Positions 59,413 through 64,000 of a DNA stretch of 64,000 bases are shown one piece after another. The stretch covers positions 124,001 through 188,000 of the forward strand of contig NIVC01001131.1 in NCBI GenBank assembly GCA_002269645.1. The letters run 5' to 3'. This stretch comes from Macrostomum lignano (Eukaryota). The notes under the pieces were generated by a model that was not told the DNA's origin, did no database searches, and worked only from the letters and a program-made list of their open reading frames with translations. The number at the start of each line of letters is the position of its first letter. Within the stretch, counting starts at the first letter, position 1. Made by a program: the position numbers and the translations under genes.

Positions 59413-60357
59413 ATTAGCAGCTATAATTTTTTTCCTCTATTTTGATTTTTGAGAGTGTGTCGGTCCTGAACAGAAGAGTACCAAGCTAACATAGAGAGCC
59501 AATATAGCTAATATAGCCAATATTAGCCAATATAGCCAATAGAGCCAAATCATCGGGCTCCTAATTTTCGACCATAGACAAATGTGTCCGACTGGAAATG
59601 GATTTGTAATGAATATATATAGAGATGGTAATCATGATATCACTCGCGATCCCACAATACAATATATATAATAGAGTATACAATATATTTATATTGTATC
59701 AGAATTACCATCTCTATATATAAATTCATTCCAAATCCATAGATATATAGTAGCTCGTGTTTATATATATGCGAGTTATTTGAAAGTAACTAGCTGGTTA
59801 TGAGCGTGCCACAGAGAATGGGTTTCGACTTCTGCTTTAATAGTAGTATTGGCTCTCTATGTTAGATCCTGATACTATTTGTCCGGACAGTGCTGTTTTG
59901 TATTGGAGGCAAAACAAACATGTAGTTAGAACACGAGACAGCTATAGATTAGCAGAAAATGCTTTACTGTTATTATATAATTAGCATTTTCTTATTGGAC
60001 CTTATAAAAGTGCGGTCATTTTTTAATTTAAATTCCGTCTTTATCTGTCTTGTCCTGCCTTCATGTACGTGTATTTATAGTGCTCATTATCATTAAAACT
60101 AAAAATCCTTTGTGACTAAGCACCATAGTCAGTTAAATATGTATGTAAATTTCTTCCCTAAGAGTTTTTCTCTGGGTAACACCTCGTAAATGTAATTTCA
60201 TTTTCTAGTAGTACATATATACTGTATGTCTGAATGACTGAAAGTACACAAAAGCTTGGTGATCTCTGAGTTCTTTGTAAGGTTTTTAAAATTAGTAAAT
60301 TAAAACAAGGCGTTAGTTTCTTATGTTTTTTGTTGATAATATTAAAAATTGATTACA

Positions 60358-60652
60358 CCTGCCCTAATTAGCTAAAACCTAATGGGCAGATGTGCAACCA
60401 ACAGCTCAGCCGCAGCTATTGCGCGGCGCATCTGAAGGCTGCGTACGGCTGTTCAGTCCAAGGCTGGGGTCGCCACACAAACCCTTAATTAGCCCAGTTA
60501 ATGCTGGCACCCATTTTACCGCTAGATGAACTAAGGCAATGCAGAGTTAAGTGTCTTACTTAAGGATACAAATTGTTCCAGTGGGATCAGGAATCGAACC
60601 CCCGACCTTCAAGTCGTGAGTCCTACGCTCTGACCACTAGGCTACAACCCCC
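60358..60652 (-). mobile_element. SINE, paralog of 42965-43250
   Basis: Head gggggttgtagcctagtggtcagagcg...ggggttcgattcctg with A and B boxes. Confidence 0.78.
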
Positions 60653-61219
60653 ATTTCATTGAAGACTAGCTTGTAATAATATAGACAGGTGATTCAGTTG
60701 AACAGTTTGAAATTTGAAACCGTGTCTAAAGTACATAGATTAATTGTTAATTTAGAGTACGGGCGTTCTCTGATCTCACAGATTTTATACTGGAGTATAG
60801 CTGCACTTGGAATTTTACAAATATGAAAAATCACCAATTCTGTAGGCGCTTGATGTTTTCAGCCAAGTAAATAATACAAGTGTCGCTAAAATTGATTAAA
60901 ACTATGCTAGCTATTTAAAATTTAGCGGGTCTCCGGTTTTGACAGTTTAATATACCCACGTACATGTACGAGTAGCTAGAAAGAGTTTTTGGAGTCATTT
61001 ACATGTAAGTATAGAGGATCTGAGTTGTTGTAGAATATATATAGATATCTTCAATAGTACCCAGATATTTAGAACTCTACAGAATTGAATAAATTAGATA
61101 AGGAGGCTTGATACAGTACCTTGTACCAAGGACCACTAGGAACACTTTGTTATATAAGGACGTTATCCTAGTAGTCCTTGCCTTGTACATGTCTTATTGA
61201 GTCTTCGCAGCAGGAGACC

Positions 61220-61465
61220 GAAGGTCGGGGGTTCGATTCTCATCCCACTTGGAACAATTTGGGTTCTTAAGCAAGAGACTTAACTCTGCATTGCTTCTGT
61301 TCACCCTGCTGTAAAATTGGTGCCAGCATTTGCTGGGGTAATTGAGGATGCGTGTGGCGACCCCCCCCCACAGTCCTTGGACTGAACAGCCGTACGCAGC
61401 CTTCAGATGCACCGTGAATAGCTGCGGCTGAGGTGACGGCTGCATATCTGCTATTTAGGGCAAGT
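61220..61465 (+). mobile_element. SINE, 5'-truncated paralog of 43739-44018
   Basis: gaaggtcgggggttcgattctc...ctgtaaaattggtgcc...ggactgaacagccgtacgcagccttcagatgc. Confidence 0.72.
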
Positions 61466-61718
61466 GTAATAAATAATTATTATAATACATTTCTTAAATT
61501 AGTTATGGTTATTGGTCGTGCTGACGTCACGTATACTTTTAATATTAATTTACATTCCCTCTGTTTAAATAAAAGGGACCCCTAAGTAACAAAAGATATA
61601 TATCTATGGTGCAAAAAGCCATCAAAAATGCTTACATTCTATTTAAAAAAATTCACACTGACTCTTGACTGCCTTTTAGTTGTTTCACAAAGAATTAAGC
61701 TAATAAACAGTTGGGGCA

Positions 61719-63428
61719 ATGCATTTAAAATGGTTTTCAAGTCTACCAGATCGAAATTGCGTATTTCTGGCACTGCTACTACAGATTTTATTTTCAACCA
61801 ATGTTGTGGGGCTTCAACTCTTTAAAACTCGGCAAGTGATGTACCGCATGCTTGGATACGACAACTTCAATGAAGGTGAGTAGCTAAAGCCATGGAGACT
61901 TAGTGCTCTTTTTAAGCAACCTATTGTGAGGATCGGTATCATTACAGAATCTCATGATGAAATCTTCCTTTATTACAGAATCTCATGATGAAATCTTCCT
62001 TTATTACAGAATCTCATGATGAAGTCTTCCTTTATTACAGAATCTCATGATGAAGGCATCCTTTATTACAGAATCTCATGATGAAGGCATCCTTTATTAC
62101 AGAATCTCATGATGAAGGCATCCTTTATTACAGAATCTCATGATGAAGGCATCCTTTATTACAGAATCTCATGATGAAGGCATCCTTTATTACAGAATCT
62201 CATGATGAAGGCATCCTTTATTACAGAATCTCATGATGAAGGCATCAACTCAGATTTTCAGACAAATCTATCCTCTTGGATCTAGTGCACTCTTAACCGT
62301 ATTTGCAGATTTACAACAGTAAATCTGGACTTGCGTATCTGCAATTTACATTGAATTGCTTCCAGAACGCCTACACCTAGAGCGCTGTCGCCAGAGCTCC
62401 TCATCCGGGAACTGCAATCTGGCTATTGACGGCAGCATTGTTCAAGAATGGACTCAATGCGTTTCGACTGTACCTGAGCTCAGTAGCTTTTGGAAGGTGA
62501 GTTCAATTCTACTCATTGTTATTGCAATTATTGATAAGTGGGATTGATATGCATTCCAACTGATTTTAGAAATATATAGTCAACTATATCAGCATCCTAT
62601 TTGAGCCATGGCATCTCAACAACTCCCCAATGAGCCATGGCATCTCAGCAACTCCACATTGAGCCAATTGGCATCTCAGCAACTCCACATTGAGCCAACT
62701 GGTATCTTAGCAACTCATCCATTGAGCTAATTATCATCTCAGCAACTCCCAATGAGCCAACTGGTATCTGAGCAACTCCCCCATTGAGCCAATTGGCATC
62801 TCAGCAACTCCACATTGAGCCAACTGGTATCTCAGCAACTCCCCCATTGAGCTAATTATCATCTCAGCAACTCCCCAATGAGCCATGGCATCTCAGCAAC
62901 TCCCCAATGAGCCATGGCATCAGGCGCTGCTGCAGTAGTTCACCGCTCAAGACCGCTAAGATGAGGCCGTATTGTTATCGTGAAGTTTCAAAGGGCCCCC
63001 GGGCTGGATAGAGAGGATTTTCGAGTTGGAGTTCACGGGTCTAGACAATAACTGGGCAAACAATTTACTCCCCACTTCACTTTTACTCGTGCAGTCTTTA
63101 GAGAACTGACACGTCAATAGTTATTATTTTCTCCGCTTAAGGCCGAACTTGAGACGCCTTCTTACATCGCTCGAGTTGTCATTCACACGGCGAAGCTGCC
63201 AGACGAGGCGATGCTCAACGCCATGCACGATTTCGGCATATACGCCGGTGACAGCACCTGCTATCGGCACATTTCGTCACAGTCGTTCATCACTCGATCG
63301 TTTCCTTGCGACGCAATGGCAGACAGAATTTTAATTCGAAGCTTCCGTGTCAACAGCATCATGTCATTGTGCGAAATCGAAGTCTATGGAAAGCCTCTGA
63401 CTTTCCAAGGGTTGGATAGCGGAGAGGC
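61719..63428 (+). CDS. Lectin gene C copy 2: exons 61719-61875, 62366-62496, 63142-63428 (or to the stop at 63432)
   Basis: Exons 2 and 3 are the same length as in copy 1, with the same phases; exon 3 differs by one residue (GDTT/GDST). Confidence 0.8.
61941..62247. repeat. Intronic minisatellite, 31 bp (ttattacagaatctcatgatgaaggcatcct)
   Basis: About 10 copies; only one related copy at ~44478-44512 in the paralog. Confidence 0.92.
62600..62925. repeat. Intronic ~29-30 bp minisatellite (gagcca..gcatctcagcaactcc)
   Basis: Paralog of 44797-45073 with a different variant mix. Confidence 0.9.
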
Positions 63429-63499
63429 GTGAGTTAAAAACGAGCTTGATCATCTGTGGCTAAGGTGGTTAATTTAGGCGAGCTTGAGTCTTTAGATTG

Positions 63500-63950
63500 G
63501 CATATTCAGAATGGCAGATTCAGAATGGCAGATTCAGAATAGGCAGATTCAGAATGGCAGATTCAGAATAGGCAGATTCAGAATAGGCAGATTCAGTATG
63601 GCAGATTCAGAATAGGCAGATTCAGAATGGCAGATTCAGAATGGCAGATTCAGAATGGCAGATTCAGAATGGCAGATTCAGAATGGGCAAGTTCAGAATG
63701 GGTAGGTTCAGAATAGCAGATTCAGAATGGGCAAATTCAGAATGGCAGACTCAGAATAGGTAGATTCAGAATGGCAGATTCAGAATGGCAGATTCAGAAT
63801 GGCAGATTCAGAATGGCAGATTCAGAATGGCAGATTCAGAATGGCAGATTTAGAATGGCAGATTCAGAATGGCAGATTCAGAATGGCGGGTTCAGAATGG
63901 CAGGTTCAGAATAGGCAGATTCAGAATGGCAGGTTCAGAATGGCGGGTTC
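63500..63950. repeat. Minisatellite, 14-15 bp (gattcagaatggca)
   Basis: Paralog of 45650-46385; shorter. Confidence 0.95.
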
Positions 63951-64000
63951 ATAATATACTTCTGAACAAATTTTTCTAAACCAATTCAAGAGAGATTGGC

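Larger units (their letters stand above)
29435..64000 (+). other. Tandem segmental duplication: copy 1 ~29435-46400 (with the Maverick), copy 2 ~56700-64000
   Basis: Collinear exons, introns, SINEs and minisatellites. The offset is 27251 at exon 3 but 17301 at exon 4; the difference is mostly the Maverick. Confidence 0.92.

Noticed and set aside
60575-60652. tRNA gene
   Set aside because: A and B boxes are present but the anticodon and acceptor stems pair poorly, and the sequence runs into a SINE body found four times.

Overview
Eukaryotic (invertebrate-like animal) genomic DNA: AT-rich, GT-AG introns, TTAGGG repeats, tRNA-derived SINEs. No prokaryotic features. Three zones. (1) 1-28.6 kb is non-coding repeat: a short CCCTAA tract at base 1, several minisatellites, then a tandem array of 1.1-2.9 kb composite units. 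Each unit junction is a short (GGTTAG)n tract, and the units fall into a 4-unit, ~7.1-7.5 kb higher-order pattern with interchangeable internal modules. (2) 29.4-64 kb is a tandem segmental duplication of two secreted lectin-like genes: a 5-exon signal peptide-FTLD-FTLD-WSC gene and an FTLD gene with 3 recognisable exons. Their introns are full of minisatellites, SINEs and MITEs. (3) A 9.6 kb Maverick/Polinton (adintovirus-like) element (31350-40955; AGTAGT TIRs, near-perfect 6-bp TSD) sits in intron 3 of one duplicate and is absent from the other. Its core genes are partly decayed: PolB deleted, integrase truncated, capsid frameshifted; protease and packaging ATPase still open. It also carries open ORFs for a divergent TATA-binding-protein homolog and a PC4-like protein, each behind its own CCAAT+TATA promoter. 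This transcription-factor module inside a virus-like transposon is the strongest candidate for a novel system. All family assignments come from recalled motifs read by eye; no database search was run.
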